Source: Isurus oxyrinchus (taxonomy: Eukaryota). Taken from it: a DNA stretch of 64,000 nt. Under the pieces are notes generated by a model, which made no database searches, had not been told where the DNA came from, and worked only from the letters and a program-made list of their open reading frames with translations. Of the stretch, positions 49,605 through 61,560 are shown piece by piece (positions within the stretch are counted from its first letter, which is position 1; each line of letters opens with the position of its first letter). The position numbers were made by a program, and so were the translations under genes. The stretch lies in assembly GCA_026770705.1 (NCBI GenBank), contig JANJGN010000071.1:1488001-1552000 (forward strand). Reading direction: 5' to 3'.

Positions 49605-50215
49605 TAAGCTTTTCATAAATTGAGGGATTGAGTACAAACACAGGGAGGTTATGCTGAACATTTATAAACCTCTGGTTAGGTCACAACTAGAGTATTGTGT
49701 CCAGTTCTGGTCTCCTCACTTTGGGAAGGAAGTGAGGGTCCTTGAGAGGGTGGGGAGGAGATTGAGCAGAATGGGTCCAGGGATGAGGGATTTTAGCTAC
49801 AAGGTTGGGTTGGAGAAGCTGGGGTTGTTCTCCTTGGAGCAAAGGAGATTGAGGGGGGATCTGATCGAGGTGTACAAGATGATGATGGGTTTAGATAAGG
49901 CAGACAAAGAGAAGCTGTTGCCATTAGCTGATGGGACAAGGACTGGGGGACACAGATTGAAGGTTTTGGGCAGAGGGGGGATTTGAGGAGGAACTTTTTT
50001 ACACAGCGAGTGGTAATGAGCTGGTACTCTCTGCCTACGAGGATGGTGGAAGCGGAGACGATGAACGATTTCAAAAGGAAATTGGATGGACACTTGAGGG
50101 GAAATAACCTTGCAGGGATACGGGGATAGAGCGGGGGAATGGGACTGACTGGATTGCTTTACAGAGAGACAGCATGGAGTCGATGGGCCGAATGCCGTTC
50201 TTCTGTTCCATGATG
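49605..50215 (+). mobile_element. CR1-like LINE 3' fragment (partial inverted copy at 54712-54970)
   Basis: LVRSQLEYCVQFWSPH, RRLRGDLIEVYK. Confidence 0.9.
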
Positions 50216-50245
50216 AGATTGTTGCTGTGCAAAGCTTTAAACTTC

Positions 50246-50365
50246 CTTTCACTGTTTGTCTCTCCCAGACACAGACTCCAGTGATAGTGATAACCACAGC
50301 CACAAGGAATATCACAGCTCGTATTCCCAGGATCAGGATCACGTGCAGAATCTCTCCTCCACTGT
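50246..50365 (-). CDS. Transmembrane exon with intramembrane Arg (SGGEILHVILILGIRAVIFLVAVVITITGVCVWERQTVK), activating-type Siglec-like receptor fragment
   Basis: Minus-strand acceptor ttctctAG, phase 1; hydrophobic stretch containing CGA (50319-50321). The expected donor reads AAG|GAAGT, so it appears mutated. Confidence 0.75.
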
Positions 50366-52034
50366 CTAGAGAACACACAGAAAGAAATCATCACTGACTC
50401 TCCGCTTTCAATCTCTCACTCTGGCTGAACAATCAAGCTTCATATCACTGCAACATTTGCTGTAATATTGACCCATCCACTGGGATTCAATGTGGAATGA
50501 ATGTTTTCATTGTAAACACTCTAAGAGTGGACAATCGCAACTTTCCCCTTAGCGTGGAACATTGGTGAGAATGGATCATTGTGCTGTTGGACTCCCTGTC
50601 CAATGTTTCTCTCCATCGCTGTGTACAGGATTGTGCTGTAGAAAATTCTGGAAACGTTTAGTGCAGGGTGGAAATCCATCTCGGACGCGTGTGCGAATCG
50701 GGCAGGATCAAGATGGACTCCCCTTCGGACTTACACCCCCCGCTTAATAAACAGTTCCAATCTTTACCCAGAGAGAGAGGAGAATGTGGAACTCGCTCCC
50801 ACTGGGAGTGTGTGATGTGAACAGTATCGATGTATTTAAGGGGCAGAAGGGTCGGTAACCAGAGGGACACAGATTGACGAACCGGAGGGGGAGATGAGGA
50901 GAATTTGTTTTGACAGAGCGAGTTGTTGTGATCTGGAAGGTGCTGCCTGAAAGGGCAGTGGAAGCAGATTCAATAGGAACTTTCAAAAGGGAAATTGGAT
51001 AAACACTTGAAGGAGGAAGATGGGGGCAAAGTGGAGTGGTGGTTAGTGGATCTGATGGGATAGAACATTGAAAGACCTGGCACAGGCTCAATGGGCTGAA
51101 TGGCCTCCTCCTGTGCTGTATCATTCTCCGCTTCCATGATCTCTCCCCCAGTCAGTAACCACTCCAGATCCCTCTTGAAGGTGACAGAGAATCAGCAACC
51201 ACCACACCCACTGACAGCACATTCCCGAGGATCACTACTCTCTGGGAAAAGATGAACTCCCCAACATCCAGCCTATTCCTGCTTCCCAGAGAGTGTAAAC
51301 CCTTCAGGGAGGCGCTGAGGAAGTTTTCAATAAAATGACATCAAATCTACCGTTTGAGAAATAATTGAATTCCGATGAACTCACAGCTTGTGGAGCAATC
51401 TGGGAAGTAGAGTTGCTGGGAAAGCTGGGAAACACAAGGATTAAGGGCTACAATGCCACCACTGGTGGGAGGCTGTAACTACAGCGTGACGTTTACATAG
51501 GCAGTCATCATTATAAACAGGGGCATTGCACATAATGGGAATTATGTGCACGGAAATAGTGAGAACATTATGTAAGCTTTTCACCAGCAGGAATTCTCTT
51601 CCTAAACCTCTCCAACTCTCTCTTACTCTCAGATACACAAAGAAAATCACACAGAATCAGATAAGGAAGAGTTGGGTTGGTGATTCATCAAAGGGTTAGG
51701 TTTCAGGAAGCTTCTTAAAAGGAGAGAGAGAGTTGGAGACGCAGAGAGTATCTGTGAGTGTCTCTATGCATCTGAGTGTCTGTAATAGTAATTTCCATAT
51801 TCTTCCATAAATATGAATGGGAACACAAATCCCAGAATTCAGGCCAACTCTCCAGTGCAGTACTGAGGGAGGTCAGGTAACCCATGAGGGAGTGAGTGTT
51901 AGTGTTTGTATGTGAGTGTGTCTTTGTGTGTGGTCATATATGTGTGTCTGCACGTGTCTATTTAGGTGTGTATGTTCGATGGTGTTTGTGTGGTGTTCAA
52001 ATCTGAGAGAGATGTTGAAGTCTGTGTAACTCAC

Positions 52035-52185
52035 GTTCCACACTGATGGTTATGAACCCATCCACTGCTCCATGTTCTTTCTCTGCCACACACTGATAGT
52101 CTCCAGTGTCCCTGGATGTAACATGAGGAATCACCAACCACAGCTCATTGTTGGAACTTGTTCTGTTCATTTGGACATTCAGATG
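52035..52185 (-). pseudogene. 5'-truncated second C2-set Ig exon (HLNVQMNRTSSNNELWLVIPHVTSRDTGDYQCVAEKEHG...ITISVE)
   Basis: DTGDYQC motif and phase-1 donor GTGAGT; the 5' half is replaced by unrelated repeat sequence with an in-frame TGA. Confidence 0.8.
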
Positions 52186-52510
52186 TCATGGCAGGAATCA
52201 AGAAGCCCGTTCACAGGATTACCAACAGAAAGTGAACAACAATTTATACTCAATGGGAAGAGAGTGCTGATTGGTTGGCAAGTGGTCTCTGATAGGTGGA
52301 GGTGTTGCCATGGAGAATGGTGTGTGCGAGATGTAAAGTTTAGACAGCTTGTCTCTTCATTCAGCAATAATCAAATAAAGATCAATTAACTTCTATCGAC
52401 TTTGAAGCACTTAGAGAGGCCTTAGAATGTGGATACAGAGAACGGGCTGCACTGTCAGAGGGTCTGCGCTGAGGGAGTGCTGATGTAGAATGAAAGGTGT
52501 ATGTAATTAC

Positions 52511-52807
52511 CTTGCACTGTTAGTACGAGGGTCCGCTCCGATGAAACAGATGGATAACTCACTCTGCAGCTGAGATTGTGTCCGTGGTGTTTGAGTGATG
52601 GGATCAGGGTCAGAACAGAAGCATAGGACAGAGTGACACCATGCTGAGTTACAGTGTTTGAGACTGATCCAGGTACGTCAGTGGGAGTGTCCCAGGTTAA
52701 GACAGGTGCTGCTGTTCCATTGCACGTTGTGTTGAAGGTGCAGCTTACATCCACACGCTTTCCTGCAATAATTTCAGCAGGGAATATCGTGGGTTTATCT
52801 GTGAAAT
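52511..52807 (-). CDS. Siglec-like first C2-set Ig exon (intact frame; no V exon upstream on this strand)
   Basis: 297 nt, AG/GT phase 1/1; DFTDKPTIFPAEIIAGKRVDVSCTFNTTC...LTW...LSCRVSY...LTVQ. Confidence 0.85.
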
Positions 52808-53427
52808 CTAACAGACAGAGAATGGATCCTTTTAGAAAAATATAACGTGAAGCATCAGTTCAAATAGAAATCACAGTCCCACAAGAGAAAGCACTTTTAC
52901 AAGGATGATATCAGAACTGAGAGGTTACAATGATCAGGAAAGATTTTCTTGCTCTTTGGCAGTAGTGTTTCTGTCTCTCAGCTGAATACACGTTCACTCC
53001 GAGACATGTGAATTGAGAACACTGGATGAGAGAAGAGGCTCAGACCAGAGATTGGAGTTAAAAGCAGAATACTGTGGATGCTGGAAATCTGAAACCAAAA
53101 CAAGATCATCCTTGTGAAGCTTTTTACCACCCTCTCCAGTGTCTCTATATCCTTTTCCAAATGCTGAGTCTGCTCTCCCCGAGCTGTGAGCTGTTCCTCC
53201 ACCCTCACCCAGTCTGGTCAAATCAAGGGTCACTGAGTGAGAGTGTATTAATCTGAGTGACAGAGATTCAACAAGTGTAAAAATAGACAATTCTTTAATG
53301 ATCATTGTAACCTCTCAGTTCTGATATCATCCTTGTAAAAGTGCTTTCTCGTGTGGGACTGTGGTTTCTATTTGAACTGATGCTTCACGTTATATTTCTC
53401 TAAAAGGATCCATTCTCTGTGTGTTAG

Positions 53428-53723
53428 ATTTCACAGATAAACCCACGATATTCCCTGCTGAAATTATTGCAGGAAAGCGTGTGGATGTAAGCTGCACCTT
53501 CAACACAACGTGCAATGGAACAGCAGCACCTGTCTTAACCTGGGACACTCCCACTGACGTACCTGGATCAGTCTCAAACACTGTAACTCAGCATGGTGTC
53601 ACTCTGACCTATACTTCTGTTCTGACCCTGATCCCATCACTCAAACACCACGGACACATCACAGCTGCAGAGTGAGATATCCATCTGTTTCATCGGAGAA
53701 GACCCTCGTACTAACTGTGCAAG
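53428..53723 (+). pseudogene. C2-set exon copy with a 1-nt deletion frameshift
   Basis: 296 nt versus 297; the frameshift near 53658 gives ..HHGHITAAE* before the second core Cys. Confidence 0.88.
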
Positions 53724-54048
53724 GTAATTACATACATCTTTCATTCTACATCAGCACTCCCTCAGCGCTGACCCTCTGACAGTGCAGCCCGTTCTCAGTA
53801 TCCACATTCTAAGGCCTCTCTAAGTGCTTCAAAGTCGATAGAAGTTAATTGATCTTTATTTGTTTATTGCTGAATAAAGAGACAAGCTGTCTAAACTTTA
53901 CATCTCACATACACCATTCTCCATGGCAACAACTCCACCTATCAGAGACCACTTGCCAACCAATCAGCACTCTCTTCCCATTAAGTATAAATTGTTGTTC
54001 ACTTTCTGTTGGTAATCCTGTGAACGGGCTTCTTGATTCCTGCCATGA

Positions 54049-54199
54049 CATCTGAATGTCCAAATGAACAGAACAAGTTCCAACAATGAGCTGTGGTTGG
54101 TGATTCCTCACATTACATCCAGGGACACTGGAGACTATCAGTGTGTGGCAGAGAATGAACATGGAGCAGTGGAGGGGTTCATAACCATCACTGTGGAAC
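54049..54199 (+). pseudogene. 5'-truncated second C2-set exon, inverted-arm copy
   Basis: ...IPHITSRDTGDYQCVAENEHGAVEGFITITVE|GTGAGT. Confidence 0.8.
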
Positions 54200-55664
54200 G
54201 TGAGTTACACAGACTTCAACATCTCTCTCAGATTTGAACACTACACAAACACCATCGAACATACACAACTAAATAGACACAAGCAGACACACATATATGA
54301 CCACACACAAAGACACACTCACACACAAACACTAACACTCACTCCCTCATGGGTTACCTGACCTCCCTCAGTACTGCACTGGAGAGTTGGCCTGAATTCT
54401 GGGATTTGTGTTCCCATTCATATTTATGGAAGAATATGGAAATTACTATTACAGACACTCAGATGCATAGAGACACTCACAGATACTCTCTGCGTCTCCA
54501 ACTCTCTCTCTCCCTTTAAGAAGCTTCCTGAAACCTAACCCTTTGATGAATCACCAACCCAACTCTTCCTTATCTGATTCTGTGAGATTTTCTTTGTGTA
54601 TCTGAGAGTAAGAGAGAGTTGGAGAGGTTTAGGAAGAGAATTCCTGCTGGTGAAAAGCTTACATAATGTTCTCACTATTTCCGTGCACATAATTCCCATT
54701 ATGTGCAATGCCACCTCGATCAGATCCCCCCTCAATCTCCTTTGCTCCAAGGAGAACAACCCCAGCTTCTCCAACCCAACCTTGTAGCTAAAATCCCTCA
54801 TCCCTGGACCCATTCTGCTCAATCTCCTCCCCACCCTCTCAAGGACCCTCACTTCCTTCCCAAAGTGAGGAGACCAGAACTGGACACAATACTCTAGTTG
54901 TGTCCTAACCAGAGCTTTATAAATGTTCAGCATAACCTCCCTGAGTTTGTACTCAATCCCTCAATTTATGAAAAGCTTATTCTTTCCATCATCACAAACA
55001 ACAATTTCCAAGCGGACTCCCATCAGCAGACAGAGTGCAATGAAACATCGGCATGCCTGCTTCTTAATGTACGGAGAGAAACCTGGAACGAGAGATTGTC
55101 CTTCTTCTCCTCAGCAAGCTGAAACTTTTCCTTATACCTGGTGCTCCCCAGTCCTGCTGTGTGGACACATCATAACCACGGCATTGTGTGCAGCCAACAT
55201 GGTCGAATAGGAATGAACAGAAATGTGACGTTGCTAAACTCTGTTCTCTGATTGGAATGTGCTTTCTGAATGCTGCACCTTTTTCATGCTGCGATAGATT
55301 GTAAGAAGCATTTGGGTGATGAATAAAATTACATTGATTAACACAAGTGATTAAAATGCACAGGCTGTTCTGTAGATATTTACACATTAAAATTCTCATT
55401 TTACTGCAAATTCTTGGCTCAAAGACATTACTTCATGTTGTGATGATTTTCCAATCATGTGAATTATTGTGCCCATCTTTATAATGGAAACTTCCCATGT
55501 AAACATGTCACATTGTAGTTAGGCACTCCTGCCATTGGGTGGTGTGATATCAAAGCTGCCTTGCTGCTCAGAAACAGCGAGAAATATTCCTGTTCTAAAT
55601 TTGAAGTTAGTGAGACAAAGGCATTAGATGCAATTTTGTGAAACTTGTACAATGTTCTTTAGAT

Positions 55665-58160
55665 AGTGGAGCACTCCCTCAGTACTGACCCTCCAACAGT
55701 GCAGCACTCCCTCAGTACTGACCCTCCAACAGTGCAGCACTCCCTCAATACTGATCATACAAGAGTGCAGCACTCCCTCAGTACTGACCAACTGACAGTG
55801 CAGCACTCCCTCAGTACTAACCCTCCAACAGTGCAGCACTCACTCAGTACTGACCCTCCAACAGTGCAGCACTCCCTCAGTACTGACCACACAAGAGTGC
55901 AGCACTCCCTCAGTACTGACCAACCGACAGTGCAGCACTCCCTCAGTACTGACCCTCCAACAGTGCAGCACTCCCCCAGTACTGACCATACAAGAGTGCA
56001 GCACTCCCCCAGTACTGACCATACAAGTGTGCAGCACTCCCTCAGTACTGACCAACCGACAGTGCAGCACTCCCTCAGTACTGACCCTCCAACAGTGCAG
56101 CACTCCCTCAGTACTGACTATACAATAGTGCGGCACTACATCAGTATTGACCCACCAAGTGTCCAGCACTTCCTCAATACTGACCCACTGACAGTGCAGC
56201 ACTCCCTCAGTACTGACACACCAAGAGTGCAGCATTCCCTCAGTACTGACCCTCCGACAGTGCAGCACTCCCTCAGTACTGACCCTCCAACAGTGCAGCA
56301 CTCCCTCAGTACTGACCCTCCGACAGTGCAGCACTACCTCAGTACTGACCCGATGACAGTGCAACACTACCTCAGTACTGACCCTCTGACAGTGCAGCAC
56401 TACCTCAGTTCTGACCCTCCAACAGTGTAGCACTCCCTCAGTACTGACCCTCTGAATGTGCAGCACTCCCTCAGTACTGACTCTCTGACAGTGCAGCACT
56501 CCCTCAGTACTGTCCCTCTGACAGTGCAGCACTCCCTCAGGAACAAGACTCTGACAGTGCAGCACTCCCTCAGTACTGACCCTCCGACAGGGCAGCACTC
56601 CTCAGAACTGTCCCTCCAAGAGTGCAGCACTACCTCAGTACTGAGCCTCCGACAGTGCAGCATTCCCTCTGTACTGACCCTCTGACAGTGCAGCACTACC
56701 TCAGTACTAACCCTCCGACAGTGCAGCAATACCTCAGTTCTGACCCTCCAACAGTGCAGCACTCCCTCAGTACTGACCCTCTGAATGTGCAGCACTCCCT
56801 CAGTACTGACCCTCTGACAGTGCAGCACTCCCACAGTACTGACCTTCTGATAGTGCAGCACTCCCTCAGTACTGACCCTCTGACAGTGCAGCACTCCCTC
56901 AGTGCTGACCCTCTGACAGTGCAGCACTCCCCCAGTACTGACCATACAAGAGTGCAGCACTCCCCCAGTACTGACCATACAAGTGTGCAGCACTCCCTCA
57001 GTACTGACCAACCGACAGTGCAGCACTCCCTCAGTACTGACCCTCCAACAGTGCAGCACTCCCTCAGTACTGACTATACAATAGTGCGGCACTACATCAG
57101 TATTGACCCACCAAGTGTCCAGCACTTCCTCAATACTGACCCACTGACAGTGCAGCACTCCCTCAGTACTGACACACCAAGAGTGCAGCATTCCCTCAGT
57201 ACTGACCCTCCGACAGTGCAGCACTCCCTCAGTACTGACCCTCCAACAGTGCAGCACTCCCTCAGTACTGACCCTCCGACAGTGCAGCACTCCCTCAGTA
57301 CTGACCCGATGACAGTGCAACACTACCTCAGTACTGACCCTCCGACAGTGCAGCACTACCTCAGTTCTGACCCTCCAACTGTGTAGCACTCCCTCAGTAC
57401 TGACCCTCTGAATGTGCAGCACTCCCTCAGTACTGACCCTCTGACAGTGCAGCACTCCCTCAGTACTGTCCCTCTGACAGTGCAGCACTCCCTCAGGAAC
57501 AAGACTCTGACAGTGCAGCACTCCCTCAGTACTGACCCTCCGACAGGGCAGCACTCCTCAGAACTGTCCCTCCAAGAGTGCAGCACTACCTCAGTACTGA
57601 GCCTCCGACAGTGCAGCATTCCCTCTGTACTGACCCTCTGACAGTGCAGCACTACCTCAGTACTAACCCTCCGACAGTGCAGCAATACCTCAGTTCTGAC
57701 CCTCCAACAGTGCAGCACTCCCTCAGTACTGACCCTCTGAATGTGCAGCACTCCCTCAGTACTGACCCTCTGACAGTGCAGCACTCCCACAGTACTGACC
57801 TTCTGATAGTGCAGCACTCCCTCAGTACTGACCCTCTGACAGTGCAGCACTCCCTCAGTGCTGACCCTCTGACAGTGCAGCACTCCCTCAGTACTGACCC
57901 TCTGACAGTGCAGCACTCCCTCAGTACTGACCCTCTGACAGTGCAGCACTCCCTCAGTACTGACCCTCTGACAGTGCAGCACTCCCTCAGCACTGACCCT
58001 CTGACAGTGCAGCACGCCCTCAGGAACAATACAACAATACTCTGACAGTGCAGAACTCCTTTGCTGCTGACCCTCCAACAGAGCAGCACTTCTTCAGACC
58101 TGATCCTGCGACAGAGCAGCACCCCATCAGAACTGACCCCCTGATGGTGCCGCACGTGCT
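55665..58160. repeat. About 2.5-kb array of the 30-bp DeuSINE-derived unit with a 956-bp higher-order duplication
   Basis: Rare variant units recur at a 956-bp offset (ORFs 56458/57414 and 56622/57578). Confidence 0.93.
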
Positions 58161-58299
58161 CAGTATTTACCCTGCAACAGCACAATTAAATATTAACCCT
58201 CGGAGCCATGGTAGAAAACTGACGTTACCAAATAGCAAACAACAGAAGAGAAGCATCACAGAGTCACAATAAATAGGTCAAAAGTGTGATTATGTTGCA

Positions 58300-58430
58300 A
58301 CGCTTTGTGGTATGAAGCACTCATTCCTACTGCCTGTTTACTCACTCCTTTGCTACTTCCTCATTTTGTCTCACAGAGACACATCAACCCTTTCTAATTA
58401 AATACACAGAGGGAGCAGCACAGGAAGAGG
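58300..58430 (+). promoter_or_regulatory. Candidate haematopoietic promoter of gene D (RUNX TGTGGT 58306-58311; PU.1/ETS ACTTCCTCATTTT 58355-58367)
   Basis: Motif matches upstream of a GTAAGT donor at 58495 (possible 5' UTR exon) and of the leader exon. Confidence 0.35.
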
Positions 58431-58943
58431 TCATTCAGCCCAAGCAGAGCGTGTGGGCAGTTCCTCCCCAGGCGAGCAGTCGGACAGGTCCTGGGTAAGT
58501 AACGGAACGACTGGAATTCACTTCCACGACCAACACCGTCCTTTGTTGATGTTGTGACTTTATAAAGACAGATTCCAATGATTGATGCCTTTGAAAGATT
58601 TCTACTGATTATTGAGATCTGGGTGTGAGGCTCAAGTCTGTTGTACAGAACATCTTTCTAGCTCAAGGGATGAGGGAAGAGCAGGGACATGAGCTTTGGG
58701 GTGTCCTGAGCAGGTGAAAGGCGATATAGAAATGCAAGTCCTTCATTGTTTTTCTTTTTCAAGCCTTGTAACTCTCGCCAGAGCACCTATCATCCCACAG
58801 AGAATCAAATTAATCTGTGAAGACATTGTCTAAAAGGAGTTCTGATCCCTCGAGAGCTGTCGGACAAGAGGTGAGGTCTCATTAACTCCTTTCTCTTTCA
58901 GAGTTTGAGAGTGAGAAGCTGTTGAAATATCTGGGAGTGGACA

Positions 58944-58983
58944 ATGATCGGGAAATATTACTGCCTCCTGTCACTTCTCCAAG
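58944..58983 (+). CDS. Gene D leader exon (MIGKYYCLLSLLQ)
   Basis: Acceptor ttctctttcAG ends at 58901; acaATGA; CAAG|GTAAT phase-1 donor matching the V exon. Confidence 0.78.
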
Positions 58984-59876
58984 GTAATATCATCGTCAGC
59001 TCAGATAGATTTATGGTTAATAGTCTTCGTAAAAGATCATTCTTATTGAGCTCTGATTGGGAAGTGATTCAGCAGTGAGCCAGTGTACAAACTCACACCA
59101 AGTCCCATTCACCCATCATCCCTGTGCTCACTGATATACACTGACTCCCTGTCTGACAGCAGAATTGGAGGAGTGCAGAGATCACAGAGGGTTGTAGGTT
59201 TGGAGGAGGTTACAGAGACAGGGAGTGGAGCGGAGTGATGGAGGGATTGGAAATCAAGTGTCAAAATAATCACATCGAGGTGTTGCTGGACTGGGAGCCA
59301 GTGTAGGTCAGCGAGTGACTTGTGGGGTCGGGGTGGAGGTTTGGGGAGGTGAAAGTTTGAGTAGAAAATTGGACACAAAATTCAGGGGATGAAGTCTATC
59401 TTGTGGCTAGGACTCTGACAGCAATGGCCTGAAATTAGTGTCTTTTGCTGATTTTAGTCAGAATTTCCCATGAAGACAACACAGCAGCTCCTAGAATAGA
59501 CAGGCTGTTCAGTGTCACACTTCCTGTCCATTCTCACCTTGCTAGATACTTCAATAAGGGAGCAAGATAACTGAAAGAGAGAAGGAAGGTAAAGCTGTCC
59601 ATGTGTAAAGGTGTCAATATTCAGTTTGTATATTTGTCTTTCTCTCGACACATGCAGAGCTCAGGCTAGAGGCACTTTGTTAGTGTGTTTCACAGTGTCT
59701 GCTGGAGTAGGGTCAGTGCTGAGCTTGGGGACAAGTCAGTCTACAATGCTGCATCGGAATCAACAATACAACAATATGGGGTTTGGTTCAGAAATAATCC
59801 CCTAGACAATGAGGATCCAAAGAGATTCCTTAGACAATGAGGATCCAGGGTTAAATATTGATATTTCTCTCCCCAG

Positions 59877-60245
59877 TTGGACTGTCACAAGAGTGGAAAG
59901 GTGACACTCCACGAGAGGTGACAGCGCAGGAAGGTTCGTGTGTACAGATGCGGTGTCACTACAGTTATCCAGCATATTTTGAAAACAAACGACAAGTCGG
60001 AATCTGGTTAAATAATGAGAAATACAAATTCTGGCCTCCCATTGCCTTTCACTCCAAGGATCACAGTCACGAGTTACCACGGTTCCACCATCGGACCCGG
60101 CTGTCTGGAGACCTGAAAGATGGCGACTGTTCCCTGATTATAAACAACATCAGACGGGAAGATGCAGGACCTTATTTTTTCAGAATAGAATTTGACAATG
60201 GTCCGAGCCATAACTATTACCCTGTAACCCAGCTTCAGGTTTCTG
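59877..60245 (+). CDS. Gene D Siglec-like V-set exon with the essential Arg (EDAGPYFFRIEF)
   Basis: 369 nt, phase 1/1, open frame; AGA at 60182-60184. Confidence 0.92.
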
Positions 60246-61560
60246 GTAAGTGCTGTGTTATAATTACTCAACAATTCACATTCAACACTCAATGGGAAAT
60301 AACACAAACTGTGATGTTTACACATTAACACAAAACACAGTTTATTTTCACAGACCGTCTGATTCTCAATAACCTGGTGATCGCTTCCAGTTCAGTCCTT
60401 AAGCAACCTCTAATACTCACTTTAATATCAATGATTAAATGTATTGACTGTGTCCATCAATGTTATCAGGTTATCCACTCCCATCAGTCTACCTAATGCT
60501 TTTTAAATGTCTAACAATTTGACAAAAGAAGGATGTGCATTCCTATAGCGCCTTACACCACCTCAGCAAACTTCAAATCATTTCACAGACAATGAAGAAA
60601 TTCTTGAAGTATAGTCACTGTCTAACGTGGCAGTGAGTTTGTGCACAGGAAGATCCCATAGAGAGCAATGGGATCAGTGACCCAGATCTCTGAGAGAATG
60701 ATGAGCCAGGGTTCCATGAGCTGTGGACTGCTCCATCACCCACACCCCAGTGTTGGCAATTCAAGGGTCTGGGAGTGAAAGTGTATTCAGCTCAGTGACA
60801 CATTCCCCACCAAGTTTGAAAATAGGAAAGTTGCTGCTGATTGTTGTGACCTCTCAGTTCCCATCTCATCCTTGGAAACCTGCTTTCAAAATACAAAAGC
60901 AATTCTCGCATTTCCATAGCGCCTTTCACCACCTCAGGACGATCCTAAATCAATTCACAGCCAATGAAGTGATTCTTGAAGCACACATTCTCCCCACTCT
61001 CTGGGTAAAGAAGTTTCTCCTGAATTCCCCATTGGATTTATTAGTGAGGATCTTATATTGTCAGCCTCTGGTTTTGTTCATTGTGAGGAGTGGAAACACT
61101 CTCTCCATGTCTACTCGATCAAAACCTTTCATTACTTCAAAGGTCAAATGATGTCACCCCTCAACCTTCTCTGTTCACGGGAACAGAGACCCAGCCTGTT
61201 CATCCTCTCCTGATAGGTAAAGCCTCACATTGCTGAGATCATCCTTGTGAAGCTTTTTACCACCCTCTCCAGTGTCTCTATATCCTTTTCCAAATGCTGA
61301 GTCTGCTCTCCCCGAGCTGTGAGCTGTTCCTCCACCCTCACCCAGTCTGGTCAAATCAAGGGTCACTGAGTGAGAGTGTATTAATCTGAGTGACAGAGAT
61401 TCAACAAGTGTAAAAATAGACAATTCTTTAATGATCATTGTAACCTCTCAGTTCTGATATCATCCTTGTAAAAGTGCTTTCTCTTGTGGGACTGTGGTTT
61501 CTATTTGAACTGATGCTTCACGTTATATTTCTCTAAAAGGATCCATTCTCTGTCTGTTAG

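Larger units (their letters stand above)
48902..55665. repeat. Large inverted duplication: left arm about 48902-52936, right arm about 53299-55665, spacer about 360 bp; right arm lacks the equivalent of about 49873-51522
   Basis: Reverse-complement identity checked at both ends and at exons; the deletion junction atgtgcaatgcc|acctcgatcag is at about 54712. Confidence 0.9.

Noticed and set aside
55666-58185. Long ORFs (250-384 aa) of repeated VQHSLSTDPPT / RVSTEGVLHC
   Set aside because: Translation of the SINE-derived minisatellite, open in several frames on both strands; no splice or coding signature.
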